The notes under the pieces were generated by a model. That model was not told the DNA's origin and ran no database searches. It saw only the letters and a list, made by a program, of their open reading frames with translations. From assembly GCA_963713605.1 (NCBI GenBank), contig CAVQMO010000001.1, forward strand, positions 1,056,001-1,120,000: DNA of 64,000 nt, in the 5' to 3' direction. Of the stretch, positions 1 to 10,415 are shown piece by piece. This stretch comes from an uncultured Nitrososphaerales archaeon. Its GTDB lineage: Archaea > Thermoproteota > Nitrososphaeria > Nitrososphaerales > Nitrososphaeraceae. Position 1 is the stretch's first letter. Each line of letters begins with the position of its first letter. Both the position numbers and the translations under genes were made by a program.

Positions 1-330
1 AGGCCAAAAGGACTAAAAGGGTCAACTTCACTGATTGAACACACGAGTCAATCATCGATTGCCCTAGAACCCTTCTTGGCCTCAGTTCTTGTTCTCTTCA
101 GCAACTACTATGATGAAATACAGGCCGGGAATTTGGAATTAATTACGAAGCGATGGAAATTGCATTGTCCTATGATGGGAAAGAGGATTAAGGCAGTGGT
201 GAATGGAGTTCAATTGGAGGGGGTCGCCAGCAATATTGATTCAGATGGTTTCCTGATATTGGTAACAACAGAGGGCCGAAAAGTCAAAATTTCAGATACA
301 CAAGATACATCAGTCAAAATCAGATTATGA
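1..330 (+). CDS. birA: Biotin-protein ligase, C-terminal part (begins before window)
   Basis: Frame 1 open from base 1; TSL motif, then W..HCPMMGKRIKAV...EGVASNIDSDGFLIL SH3-like C-terminus typical of BirA. Confidence 0.8.
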   Translation, partial: RPKGLKGSTSLIEHTSQSSIALEPFLASVLVLFSNYYDEIQAGNLELITKRWKLHCPMMGKRIKAVVNGVQLEGVASNIDSDGFLILVTTEGRKVKISDTQDTSVKIRL

Positions 331-344
331 ACCAACGACAATCC

Positions 345-1781
345 CTAACTAATTTCACCGCATGTTAGCCTACATATCACATTCACATCATTCACATTGG
401 TCAGCGTCTTTCCGGTTATTATTTGGGAACCAAGTTTCTTGAAAGCAGTGCTCGCTGTCATGATTCTCCAGATACTTTTGTAATTCTTCCTTTGTGCTAG
501 GACTATTTTGATTCACCATCGTGCCGGTGACCAATGCCCCAGCCGCCATAGAATTACCATCTATCCCATCAGTTCCTACACAGCAAATCGACACCTCTTG
601 GCTGGAAGTTTCAAGCGACAATAGTGCGTGTAATGCTGCTTCCTGATTCCGACCACCGGTTCCATTTTTTCCTGGCTTATTTAGCATGACTGTAGTTTCT
701 CCACCAAGGACGATTGAGAATGGGACAGACAATGATTTCAGCCCATTTGCCAACAGAGAGAGCCATTTCCCGTGTTCTGCTACGTCTCCGTCAAAATGGG
801 AACCCAATACCAGTGTATCTATTTTTTTTGATCTTAAATACTGCGAAGCTGCATCGCAAGCCGTCGCATTATTCCCGATTATAGCATATTCCGCTTTTCT
901 CTCATAATCGAAAGTATGTTGACGACCATTCTCCTCAACCTCGATCCCAGTTGTAATAGCCTTCCTAATTCTCTTTAAGTGTGAATTATCAACATTCCAA
1001 ATATCATATTTTGACAATATTCTCTTTGCATCCATAAATGAAGCATTATTAGCATATGTGGGACCCGAGGCAATCGTCTGGATTCCGTCACCAATGACGT
1101 CCGAAATTATAAAAGTCAAAAAGGTAGTTGAGGAAGGTGCAAATCGGATCAGCTTTCCCCCTTTTACCTGTGAAAGGTGCATTCGGTACTACATTCAAAT
1201 CTTGAATTGGAGCCCCGGACGAAAGCAAAGATTGCGTAACGTATTTCTTATCAGTCAACGTAATCCCTTTCATTGGAAGAGACAGGAGAGCAGATCCTCC
1301 TCCTGATAGTAGCACAAAAACTAGGTCACGAGGTTTGGCCCGCCGAAGAATACTAACTATTCTTTCAGTACCCTTTATGCTATTGATGTCAGGTAATGGG
1401 TGCCCAGCTTCAACTACATCGATTTCACGGATTCTTTTTGAAGTCCCATACGGGGTAATAATTGAACCCGAAATATGCAAAGAATTATCCTTGCCTTGTC
1501 TAAGTACGTTCATCAGGCCCACTGCCATGGGCACGGAGGCCTTTCCAGCGCCAACTATATAGAACTTGTCGTATCTTGATAAGTCATATGTTAATGTTCT
1601 ATTTCTAATATCCGTTACAAATAATCTATCTCGATTCTTATTAACAGCCTTTGACATCAATTTCACAGGCTCAACCCCTGTTATGGCTCGCTTCCACTGC
1701 AGACAGTGCGAATTTGCATGAAGTTATTCCATGGTACCTTTTCAATAAAGAATTCTTATTGCGAATAGCGAAATTTGTCAT
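345..1781 (-). CDS. Glycerate 2-kinase / hydroxypyruvate reductase (MOFRL family), split by three +1 frameshifts (~1688, ~1186, ~452)
   Basis: GAGKAS, EAGHPLPD, LLSGGGSAL, ISDVIGD..IASGPT, GGETTV, GGRNQE, GTDGIDG; hand-recovered N-term MTNFAIRN (ATG 1781) and C-term ITGKTLTNVND (stop 345). Confidence 0.9.
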
Positions 1782-2021
1782 CTGTTACGTGAGAGATATG
1801 AGAAGGCATTCTGGATATGAAGATTGGCATTCCGCTTGTAAATTTTCTTGGATCTTTTTGTAAAAATAGTATAAAAAAAACCTTTACAAATTGGTTTTGC
1901 GGCTGCACAACTTTACAAATCATTTCAATAGTTGCCTGAAGGACAAATGATTATTCATGAAGTACATTTACAGTTTCCAATTTTTCTCAAGATACATTAA
2001 TCTAGGAATTGATGCAGAGAT

Positions 2022-2396
2022 ATGGTGCTCGTGGTAGATGAAATGGTGCTAGATCTTAAATTGAGAGGTCTATCAGGAAGAAGAGGGCTTATGTTCGTTC
2101 CCTATTATGGAAGATCACGGGCGTTTATCGGCAATTACAGATCTTGGAAAGAATTCAATTCAGATGGGCGTATCGCCGAAATAGCAAGCTCCTTACTAAG
2201 TCACGAAACGCTTCATCTTACCCTAAACAAGATATCCTTTAGTGCTTCTGCGCAATTGGATGAACTCTTTGGTCAATCAAACTATTGGGAGAGATACGCC
2301 CATGGATTAGGTGAACTTGAAAATCTTCAATGCCATAGGCCTCCTATCTCAAAGAACGCTGGAAAGCGTGCCAGAAGAAGAAGCAGAAAAAAGTAG
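2022..2396 (+). CDS. Hypothetical protein with HExxH (HETLH) motif, possible minimal zincin
   Basis: ORF track; LLSHETLHLTL motif; basic C-terminal tail. Confidence 0.55.
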   Translation: MVLVVDEMVLDLKLRGLSGRRGLMFVPYYGRSRAFIGNYRSWKEFNSDGRIAEIASSLLSHETLHLTLNKISFSASAQLDELFGQSNYWERYAHGLGELENLQCHRPPISKNAGKRARRRSRKK

Positions 2397-2581
2397 CATT
2401 TCAACAAGCTAGTCATAGTGTCTTGGCAGCTTCCATGATTTGCCAAGATGGTTAATGAATTCAGGTTGGTTATCAAGGTCGTAAACTGATCAAGTTTTGA
2501 ATACGAGTTGAACGACCACGGACTTGTGAAATTGGATCCCATTGAAAATAAATATGGTCTGTATTCCACATAAAGCAAATT

Positions 2582-4006
2582 TTGCCTTCAAAGAGGAAAA
2601 TGGATGTCCATTTTGTCAGGCTTGACGTTCCCGCCGATCAATTCAAAATATTTGAAAGGATATACAAGATTTTTGATACCGTTTTCCTGTTAGAATCATT
2701 ACACGGGCCCAAAGAATTATCGGAAATCTCTATCATTGGCTTCGATCCATTGAGTAAAGTCACAATTCAAAACAATAGGATTACTATGGTTAAGGGAGAA
2801 GAATCAACACAATCTGATAAAACTGATGACCCTATCTCATCGATCAAAAGTATTCTCCCCTATGTAGAAGATCAACGCTTTCGGTACGTAGGCGGGGCAG
2901 TCGGATACATCTCTTATGATGCCGTCAATTCCTGGGAAAATGTGAGGTCGAAAAATAAGAAAAAGAAATTCCTTTCTGACACTTTTCCAATGCTAGAATT
3001 CGGTATTTACACCGATGGGATCATAGTGGATCACGCGTCAACCAATGTGTATTATTTTTATCAGGGTGGAGCTTCACGTTCCGATAAAATATCCAAGTTT
3101 CTTAAGAATCGTGACGAAGCGAATTATGGGGAGCCATTTAATTTCTCTTCGCCTATCAATAATGTCTCAAGAAATCAATATGTGGATATGGTGAAAAAGG
3201 CAAAGGAATTCATCTATCGGGGAGATATCTTTCAGGCCGTTCTATCTCGGAATTTGCGGTTCAGGGTTAGGGGCGATCCGTTGTACGTTTATCAAAGTCT
3301 AAGACAGATCAACCCATCGCCTTATATGTATTTTCTAAAAACTGGCAGTGGAGTCCAGATTATAGGGTCCAGCCCAGAGATGCTGTTGCGCGTTTCAGAG
3401 GGATATCTAGAGACTTATCCTATTGCTGGTACAAGGCCTGTTGTAGCCGAGCCTGAAACAAACGATAAGCTCATGAAAGAGCTCATGAATGACAAGAAGG
3501 AAATTGCCGAACATACAATGTTAGTCGATTTGGCTAGGAATGATGTGGGTAGGGTTAGCAAGTATGGGTCAGTAAATGTTAAAGATTTGATGACAGTAAG
3601 GCGATTTAGTCACGTTCAACATATGGTGACACATGTATCTGGATCATTAAGAGATTCCTATGATCAGTTTGATGCCTTTAAGGCTCTCTTTCCAGCGGGG
3701 ACGGTATCTGGCGCACCGAAAATACGGGCAATGGAAATTATAGACGGATTGGAGCCTTCGAGAAGAGGTCCTTACGCAGGTGCGCTAGGATATTTTTCTT
3801 CGAACGGCTCGTGTGATTTTGCAATCATACTTCGATCGCTTTTTATCCGGGGAAACGAGGCATACGCCCAAGCAGGTGCAGGAATTGTTATGGAATCAGA
3901 TCCTCATACTGAGTGGAGCGAAACAGAGCAGAAGCTAAATGCAGTGCTTCTAGCCTTGCAAGATGCAAAGGTAAAAGGGACGGAATTGGAATCAACTGGT
4001 AGCTAA
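2582..4006 (+). CDS. trpE: Anthranilate synthase component I (start could be ATG 2600)
   Basis: FLLES, GDIFQAVLS, NPSPYMY, GSSPEML, PIAGTRP, EHTMLVDLARND, FPAGTVSGAPKIRAM. Confidence 0.92.
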   Translation: MPSKRKMDVHFVRLDVPADQFKIFERIYKIFDTVFLLESLHGPKELSEISIIGFDPLSKVTIQNNRITMVKGEESTQSDKTDDPISSIKSILPYVEDQRFRYVGGAVGYISYDAVNSWENVRSKNKKKKFLSDTFPMLEFGIYTDGIIVDHASTNVYYFYQGGASRSDKISKFLKNRDEANYGEPFNFSSPINNVSRNQYVDMVKKAKEFIYRGDIFQAVLSRNLRFRVRGDPLYVYQSLRQINPSPYMYFLKTGSGVQIIGSSPEMLLRVSEGYLETYPIAGTRPVVAEPETNDKLMKELMNDKKEIAEHTMLVDLARNDVGRVSKYGSVNVKDLMTVRRFSHVQHMVTHVSGSLRDSYDQFDAFKALFPAGTVSGAPKIRAMEIIDGLEPSRRGPYAGALGYFSSNGSCDFAIILRSLFIRGNEAYAQAGAGIVMESDPHTEWSETEQKLNAVLLALQDAKVKGTELESTGS

Positions 4007-4036
4007 CTTTTCATAGAGTAGAAAATCATTCTCAGC

Positions 4037-4207
4037 TCAAGTTTTTTCCATCTGCAAGACAAAATCATACGGGTTCAAGCTAACTCCGCATGAATTGCAT
4101 CTTCCATTGAAGGGTCTTAATACATCCTTGACAGATTTCATGTTGATTATTCTATTAATTCTACCACCACATTTTTCACAAATTATTTCAATTGAAGGAA
4201 ATGACAT
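4037..4207 (-). CDS. Small CxxC...CxxC zinc-ribbon protein (56 aa), absent from ORF track
   Basis: Hand translation MSFPSIEIICEKCGGRINRIINMKSVKDVLRPFNGRCNSCGVSLNPYDFVLQMEKT*. Confidence 0.75.
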   Translation of the reverse strand: MSFPSIEIICEKCGGRINRIINMKSVKDVLRPFNGRCNSCGVSLNPYDFVLQMEKT

Positions 4208-4367
4208 AAGGTGTAACCTTTGTTTTCTAATGCCTGAATATGAAATGATTTGTAAACTATCTTAAACTTTTTGCTATGGCAAATGCTCGCTAATTGAGAA
4301 TAGAACCGGTGATTCAACTGTAAAAGGTAAGAAAGATTAAATAACAAAACTAGGACTATAACAGTTC

Positions 4368-4517
4368 TTGCCTCTGGATCCTGTGTGTGGGATAGAGTTA
4401 TCACAAGAGCTTGCAATCCCATTGAATTATCACGGTAAGGAATACTTTTTCTGTTGTGAAGGGTGCAAGGGCATCTTTACAAGAAAACCCAAAAAGTATT
4501 CGGGTCGGAAGGCTTAA
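4368..4517 (+). CDS. YHS/TRASH metal-binding domain protein (49 aa), absent from ORF track
   Basis: TTG start; MPLDPVCGIEL...YHGKEYFFCCEGCKGIF..KPKKY matches the DPVCG...YxFCxxxC YHS pattern. Confidence 0.85.
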   Translation: MPLDPVCGIELSQELAIPLNYHGKEYFFCCEGCKGIFTRKPKKYSGRKA

Positions 4518-4579
4518 TATCTGCCAATCATGGCTAGGTTCATAAAGATGCTCAGAGGCAACAAGATTTGTGAATTTTC

Positions 4580-5650
4580 ATGAAGGCAGTATTTGTTACT
4601 TCTCCCGATGGGGTGGTTGTAAAGGATGTTCCAGCACCATATCCGAAGAAAGATGAGATTGTCGTCCGAATGAAAGTATGTGGTTTATGCGGATCCGATC
4701 TAGAGAAAACTAGAATCTCGTATGGAATGGGTTCGACCAAATTGGGCCATGAACCAGTCGGAGAGATAGTCAAGGTAGGAAACCAAGTTACCGACTTCAA
4801 GGAAATGGAACGAGTCTTTGCACATCATCACGTTCCATGTTATTCATGCTACTACTGCTCGCATAACTCCGAAACTATGTGTGATTCGTATCAATTAAAC
4901 AATCTGCAACCATGTGGATTATCTGAAGAATTTCTTGTTTCATCTATGCATCTCCAACGAGGAGGAGTTCTCAAACTTCCAATATCAGTAACTGATGAAG
5001 AGGGTGCATTGATTGAGCCCCTGGCATGTTGTATTAGAGCCCTCACTAAATGTGACCTGAAGAGTATGGAGGATATTGTAATCTTGGGAGCTGGACCAGT
5101 AGGTATGATGAACGCTCTATTAGCTAGGGATGCGGGAGTCAATAGGGTGGTATTGATTGATCCTAACGAATTTAGGTTGGAATTCGGCAAAAGGATGGGA
5201 TTTGACATTTTACACCCTGTTAAGGAGGAGGAGAAAATTAGAGGCCTAAAAGACACTCTGTCCGGTAGAGGGGCAGATCTGGTTGTTGTTGCAACCGGCA
5301 ATCAAACAGCATTTACTCAATCTTTAAAAATCGTGAGAAAGGGTGGGTCAATCATTCTTTTTGGCGTTCCTGCAAAATCGTCTACTGCGGAGGTTGATCT
5401 CTCATTTCTGTATGCTAACGAGATTTCGATCTTATCTTCGTACACGGCGACCGAGCGAGAAACCAACCAAGCTTTGAGGCTGCTAGGCAACAGACGATTG
5501 AATTTTGGAAGCCTAATAACACATAAATTCGAGTTGGAAAACTCGGTATCGGCTTTTAGATGTGCCCATGATGCACGAGACGCTATGAAGGTTGTGATAT
5601 TCAATCAGAAAAGAAATAATAGGGTCCAATCGTCGTCTTGTATGAGCTAG
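4580..5650 (+). CDS. Zn-dependent medium-chain alcohol/polyol dehydrogenase
   Basis: CGLCGSD, LGHEPVG, CxxCxxC...C structural Zn site, EPLACC, GAGPVG. Confidence 0.9.
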   Translation: MKAVFVTSPDGVVVKDVPAPYPKKDEIVVRMKVCGLCGSDLEKTRISYGMGSTKLGHEPVGEIVKVGNQVTDFKEMERVFAHHHVPCYSCYYCSHNSETMCDSYQLNNLQPCGLSEEFLVSSMHLQRGGVLKLPISVTDEEGALIEPLACCIRALTKCDLKSMEDIVILGAGPVGMMNALLARDAGVNRVVLIDPNEFRLEFGKRMGFDILHPVKEEEKIRGLKDTLSGRGADLVVVATGNQTAFTQSLKIVRKGGSIILFGVPAKSSTAEVDLSFLYANEISILSSYTATERETNQALRLLGNRRLNFGSLITHKFELENSVSAFRCAHDARDAMKVVIFNQKRNNRVQSSSCMS

Positions 5651-5657
5651 AAGAATC

Positions 5658-6470
5658 ATGAATTGGGGGATGAAAAACCGGTTGTCTCAAATTATAGACC
5701 AGGATGACGGGCGATGTGTCATGCTTGCAGTAGATCATGGTTACTTTTTGGGCCCTACAGAAGGATTAGAGACTCCTAGAGAGGTTATCAGCCCTCTGTT
5801 GCCATTCGCTGATTCTATTATGCTCACTAGAGGCATTCTTAGAACATCTGTCCGTCCAGAGTCTTGCGTTCCGGTAGTTCTTCGGGTCTCTGGAGGAAGT
5901 AGCATAATTGGAGAAGACCTTTCCAAGGAGGCAGTAATCGCAAGTATCGAGGACGCCATCAGGCTCAACGCAAGCTGTCTTGCTGTATCAGTGTTCGTCG
6001 GAAGCAAGTATGAACACCAAACTTTAATGAATTTAGCAAGATTGGTCGACGAGGGTGAGAGGTACGGCATTCCAATTCTCGCGGTTACAGCAGTTGGAAA
6101 AGAGATGTCTCGTGATTCAAGATATTTGGGGCTTGCATGTAGAATTGCTGCAGAGTTTGGAGCTCACATTGTGAAGACTTATTATTGTAGTGATTTTGAA
6201 ACAGTAGTGAGGTCCTGCCCGGTACCATTAGTTATCGCCGGAGGTAAGAAACTCGATGAAAAAGAAGCCTTAACGCTGGCACATGACGCAATTTCCTCTG
6301 GGGCATCAGGGGTAGACATGGGTAGAAATATTTGGCAATCAAAAACTCCTGTCTCTATGATTAAAGCAGTAAGATCGATTGTTCATAAGGGTCTTAATGT
6401 TGAAGAAGCATATAATACCTTCATTCATGTGCCAACCAATGCAAACGTGACAACTAAACTCCAAGAGTAA
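5658..6470 (+). CDS. lsrF: LsrF-like class I aldolase/thiolase (DhnA family)
   Basis: MNWGMKNRL, AVDHGYFLGP, RIAAEFGAHIVKTYY, IAGGKK, GVDMGRNIWQ. Confidence 0.85.
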   Translation: MNWGMKNRLSQIIDQDDGRCVMLAVDHGYFLGPTEGLETPREVISPLLPFADSIMLTRGILRTSVRPESCVPVVLRVSGGSSIIGEDLSKEAVIASIEDAIRLNASCLAVSVFVGSKYEHQTLMNLARLVDEGERYGIPILAVTAVGKEMSRDSRYLGLACRIAAEFGAHIVKTYYCSDFETVVRSCPVPLVIAGGKKLDEKEALTLAHDAISSGASGVDMGRNIWQSKTPVSMIKAVRSIVHKGLNVEEAYNTFIHVPTNANVTTKLQE

Positions 6471-6646
6471 ATTGCCCGATTTTTAGACTGGAATAACACT
6501 TATAAATTATGACTGCAGCATCTGGTCAGATACATAATTTGAAATATGTTGTTGAGGAATCCATGTTTGCATGATGGAAGGAAGATAAACAAGACAGATT
6601 ACTTTGTTCCGTTTCGTTTGTTGTGTTGTGGAGGAAAGGCTAAATT

Positions 6647-8335
6647 ATGACTAGGATGAAGGGTGCAGATGCCCTGATGCGGTCTCTGGAAAAGGAAGGA
6701 GTTGATTTTGTATTTGGTCTACCAGGAGGAGCAAACCTTCCGATTTACGACGCGCTGGTAGATGCAAAGATTCGGCACATTCTTGTCAGACATGAACAAT
6801 CGGCTGCCCATATGGCAGATGGGTATGCGAGGATTAAAAGAAGGGCTGGGGTATGTTTCGCAACATCCGGCCCTGGCGCAACAAATTTGATAACCGGCAT
6901 AGCAACAGCTTACGCTGACTCTTCACCTATGGTTGCGGTCACCGGTCAAGTTCCTTTGGAGATGATAGGAAAGGACGCCTTCCAGGAAACAGACATAATA
7001 GGGATAGCAAACCCATGTACAAAATATACATTTCAGCCTAGAAAGGCTATCGAAATACCAGAAACAGTTAAGAAGGGATTTTATATTGCTGAAAGTGGAA
7101 GGCCAGGTCCAGTCTTAATCGATATTCCAAAAGACGTTCAACAGGACACTCAGGATATGGAGTTTCCTGATCTAATAAAAGTGAGAGGATATAATCCCGC
7201 TATTGAGAGCGATCTTTCAAACATCGAAAAAGCTACTGAATTATTATTGGCGGCTCAACGCCCTATAATCATGTCTGGTGGCGGCGTAATCCTGGCAGGA
7301 GCGTTTTCAGAATTGGAAGTGCTTGCAGAATTATTAATGGCGCCAGTTGTTACAACGTTCAAGGGAAAGGGGTCATTCCCTGAAAATCATCCTTTAGCCA
7401 TGGGACCTATCGGAATGCACGGCCATGCAGAGGCTAACAAGATCATTTTAGAGGCAGATTGTATTTTGGCTGTTGGAGCAAGATTTTCAGATAGGTCGGT
7501 TGGAAGATTTGATGAATTTGGTAAAGGCATCAATATAATTCATATGGATATTGATCCTGCTGAAATTGGCAAGAATAAATCTGTTGATGTCGCCATTGTC
7601 GGAGATGTAAAATCATCTATGAAAACTATGTTCAAGATTCTGAACAAAAAAATGGTCAAGGGTAGTGTGGAAAACCCTTGGTTAAAGAGAAGAAAGGAGT
7701 TAATAGATTACTATACGGAGAGCATCAAGGATTACCCGAGAGACCTTACTGCCAGGAAGGCACTCAAGAAGTTGAGACAGGTACTTCCCAATAACGCTAT
7801 TGTTACAACAGAGGTGGGACAATGTCAGATGTGGACATCACTTCATTTCGATGTTATCTCTCCAGGTACTTTTTTCAGTTCCACTGGCCTTGGAACTATG
7901 GGTTTTGGATTTCCTGCTGCAATTGGAGCTAAGGCTGCACGACAGAACGTTCCTGTCGTCGATATTGCTGGTGACGGATCATTTAATATGAGTGAAAACT
8001 CTCTTGCCGTATCTGTTTTAGAAAATCTCCCAGTTATAGTTATCTTGCTGAACAATTACATGCTCGGAATGGTTGCTCAATGGCAGAGAACATTCTATAA
8101 TAGAAGGTACCAGGGAGTTCATCTTCATAATTGCCCTGATTACGCGAAAGTTGCAGATGCATATGGTGCTCAAGGAATAAAGGTACAATCACTTTCGGAA
8201 TTAGATAACGCAATTAGATCAGCCTTAAAGAGTAATGTTGCCACCGTAATAGACATTCCAATTGATCCAGAGGAAGATGTTTATCCTTTTGTCGCTCCTG
8301 GGACAGGACTAAAGGATATGGTTATTGGTTCATGA
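6647..8335 (+). CDS. ilvB: Acetolactate synthase large subunit
   Basis: GLPGGA, RHEQSAAHMADGYAR, TSGPGATN, GLGTMGFG, GDGSF...N TPP motif. Confidence 0.95.
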   Translation: MTRMKGADALMRSLEKEGVDFVFGLPGGANLPIYDALVDAKIRHILVRHEQSAAHMADGYARIKRRAGVCFATSGPGATNLITGIATAYADSSPMVAVTGQVPLEMIGKDAFQETDIIGIANPCTKYTFQPRKAIEIPETVKKGFYIAESGRPGPVLIDIPKDVQQDTQDMEFPDLIKVRGYNPAIESDLSNIEKATELLLAAQRPIIMSGGGVILAGAFSELEVLAELLMAPVVTTFKGKGSFPENHPLAMGPIGMHGHAEANKIILEADCILAVGARFSDRSVGRFDEFGKGINIIHMDIDPAEIGKNKSVDVAIVGDVKSSMKTMFKILNKKMVKGSVENPWLKRRKELIDYYTESIKDYPRDLTARKALKKLRQVLPNNAIVTTEVGQCQMWTSLHFDVISPGTFFSSTGLGTMGFGFPAAIGAKAARQNVPVVDIAGDGSFNMSENSLAVSVLENLPVIVILLNNYMLGMVAQWQRTFYNRRYQGVHLHNCPDYAKVADAYGAQGIKVQSLSELDNAIRSALKSNVATVIDIPIDPEEDVYPFVAPGTGLKDMVIGS

Positions 8336-8349
8336 GGCTTAATAGACAG

Positions 8350-8873
8350 ATGAGTCAATTCGGGAATGTTCCAGAAAAAAAGACTTCCGACGATGTTTAC
8401 ATTTTATCTGCACTAGTTGAAGATAAGCCAGGAGTTCTCTTTCGAGTCACTAATTTGTTTAGGGCTAGAAATTTCAACATAGAAAGTATTACTGTGGGTT
8501 ACAGTGAGTCTGCTGATCTTTCGAGAATGACTATAACTACTAGAAGTGATGATCGTACATTAGATCAACTTGTAAAGCAACTAGGAAAACTCATTGATGT
8601 AGTAGAGGTACGGGTATGGATAGAGCTAACACCGTCTATAGGGAATTAGCTCTGATAAAAATGAATGCTCAGGATCCGACCTCCAGGGCTGAAATTACTA
8701 ATCTTGCTTCCGTTTTTCGTGGGAAAATACTCGACATAGACAAATTTACACTAACGGTTGAGATCACAGGAACTCCGAGCAAGATTGACGCATTTAGGAA
8801 TTTGGTATCGGACTTTGGCGTAGTTCAACTGGCACGTACTGGTGTCTCTGCATTGCCAAGGGGATCAGCTTAA
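8350..8873 (+). CDS. ilvH: Acetolactate synthase small (regulatory) subunit, frameshift near 8615
   Basis: LVEDKPGVLFRV..LF..RNFNIESITVG; second fragment RELALIK...LARTG. Confidence 0.9.
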
Positions 8874-9024
8874 TCCTCAAATAGATACGGACCAGATGGT
8901 CGAAGTTGAAAACAGAACATTTGATAGCTTATTAAGGGGATCAGGTCCCCTCAAATGCAGTTGGGATGCGGGACTCGTAAACTCTTAGCAAAGGTGCTTC
9001 AAAACGACACGATATAAAATAGCA

Positions 9025-10035
9025 ATGCTCAGGGGTGACGGAATAGGACCCGAATTAATCGACTCTGCGACGTCTATCTTGAACGCAATAAATGACAATT
9101 CGTCAGTAAAATTTTCCTTAGTTCCCGTAGAAGCAGGAGATGACGCACTTACAAGGTTCAGTAAGGCTTTACCAGAATTCACTTTATCGGCTATCCGTAA
9201 ATCAGATGCATGTTTGAAGGGGCCTGTGGGGGAGAGTGCTGCAGATGTTATACTCGTCATTCGACAGCTCTTCGACCTCTATGCGAATATCAGACCCCTG
9301 AAGTCATATCCTAATACAAATTCTCTACACAAAAATATCGATCTGGTTGTAGTGAGAGAGAATACTGAGGACTTATACCTTGGGTGGGAATTTTGGTCAG
9401 ACGAGGAAACTGTTATTTCTCTCAGACGGACCAGCAAGAAAGCCATTGAAAGAATAACTGAGTACGGCTTTAAACTAGCCAATTTAAGAAACAGACAGAG
9501 AAAGGTAAGTTTAGTCCACAAAGCGAACGTATTAAAGGAGAGCGACGGATTGTTCAGGAAAGTATGCTCTGGAATCGCATCATTACACATGGATATTCAA
9601 TTCGAAGAGATGTACGTCGATGCATGTGCGATGAATCTTATTCGGAATCCTCAGGATTTCGATATAATCGTAACGTCAAACCTTTTTGGCGACATTATAT
9701 CCGACGAAGCTGCACAAGTCGTCGGAGGATTAGGTATGGGTCCATCAGCAAATATCGGAAACGATTTTGGAGTGTTTGAACCAGTTCACGGAGCAGCTTT
9801 TGATATCCAAGGTAAGAATGTTTCAAACCCTACTTCCATCTTGCTCTCGACTAGATTGATGCTTCAATGGTTAGGAACAGAGCGTAATGACAAGCAGGTC
9901 ATGTTAGAAGGAGATCGGATAGAGAAGGCAATTTTGCGAATGTTGAATGAAAACAAGAAGACAAAAGACCAGGGTGGTACACTGACAACAAAAGAATTCA
10001 CAAAGAGCGTCATGTCTTATTTATATGTAAACTAG
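9025..10035 (+). CDS. leuB: 3-isopropylmalate dehydrogenase (isocitrate/isopropylmalate family); true start probably a few codons upstream (YKIA)
   Basis: GDGIGPE, DLYANIRP, VRENTEDLY, HKANVLK, NLFGDIISD, FEPVHG; follows ilvBH. Confidence 0.8.
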   Translation: MLRGDGIGPELIDSATSILNAINDNSSVKFSLVPVEAGDDALTRFSKALPEFTLSAIRKSDACLKGPVGESAADVILVIRQLFDLYANIRPLKSYPNTNSLHKNIDLVVVRENTEDLYLGWEFWSDEETVISLRRTSKKAIERITEYGFKLANLRNRQRKVSLVHKANVLKESDGLFRKVCSGIASLHMDIQFEEMYVDACAMNLIRNPQDFDIIVTSNLFGDIISDEAAQVVGGLGMGPSANIGNDFGVFEPVHGAAFDIQGKNVSNPTSILLSTRLMLQWLGTERNDKQVMLEGDRIEKAILRMLNENKKTKDQGGTLTTKEFTKSVMSYLYVN

Positions 10036-10141
10036 CTGTCTCATCCTTGCAACTCGAATTCGTCAAAATTGATCGCACAACGGCGCTAGCTTAAACCGTG
10101 AAGGATTGTATATAAGTCTGGACGTCGCTAAATTCATCATT

Positions 10142-10336
10142 ATGGAGGTCAATGGTGAGATAATAACGGGGATCGCTCTGATTTTCTTATCAGCGTTGTT
10201 TCTTTATGCTGGGACTACTAACGAGGCTTGGTCACTTTTGGTCCCTGCAGACTATCTGATATTAGCTATTGGTTTTGGCTTTCTGACCCTAGGTATCATT
10301 ACATTACGAAGAAAAAAGAAGCACCAGATAGCCTGA
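10142..10336 (+). CDS. Small two-TM membrane protein
   Basis: MEVNGEIITG... two hydrophobic helices with basic tail; ATG 10142 preferred over TTG 10106. Confidence 0.7.
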   Translation: MEVNGEIITGIALIFLSALFLYAGTTNEAWSLLVPADYLILAIGFGFLTLGIITLRRKKKHQIA

Positions 10337-10383
10337 AGTTGGGGATAACTAGTTTATTTTAATTGATAGGATCTTTGGCCAGA

Positions 10384-10391
10384 TTTATAAA
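10384..10391 (+). promoter_or_regulatory. TATA box for the zinc-ribbon gene at 10416
   Basis: TTTATAAA ending about 25 nt before the TTG start, the usual leaderless archaeal spacing. Confidence 0.5.
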
Positions 10392-10415
10392 TAGGCTTCA
10401 CTCTATTTTTATAAA

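Noticed and set aside
6509..6574. uORF MTAASGQIHNLKYVVEESMFA upstream of ilvB as an attenuator leader
   Set aside because: Not clearly enriched in Ile/Leu/Val codons, and no convincing terminator/antiterminator pair.
8935..8951. AGGGGA/TCCCCT hairpin between ilvH and leuB
   Set aside because: A single 6-bp stem with no U-tract is expected by chance in 64 kb.
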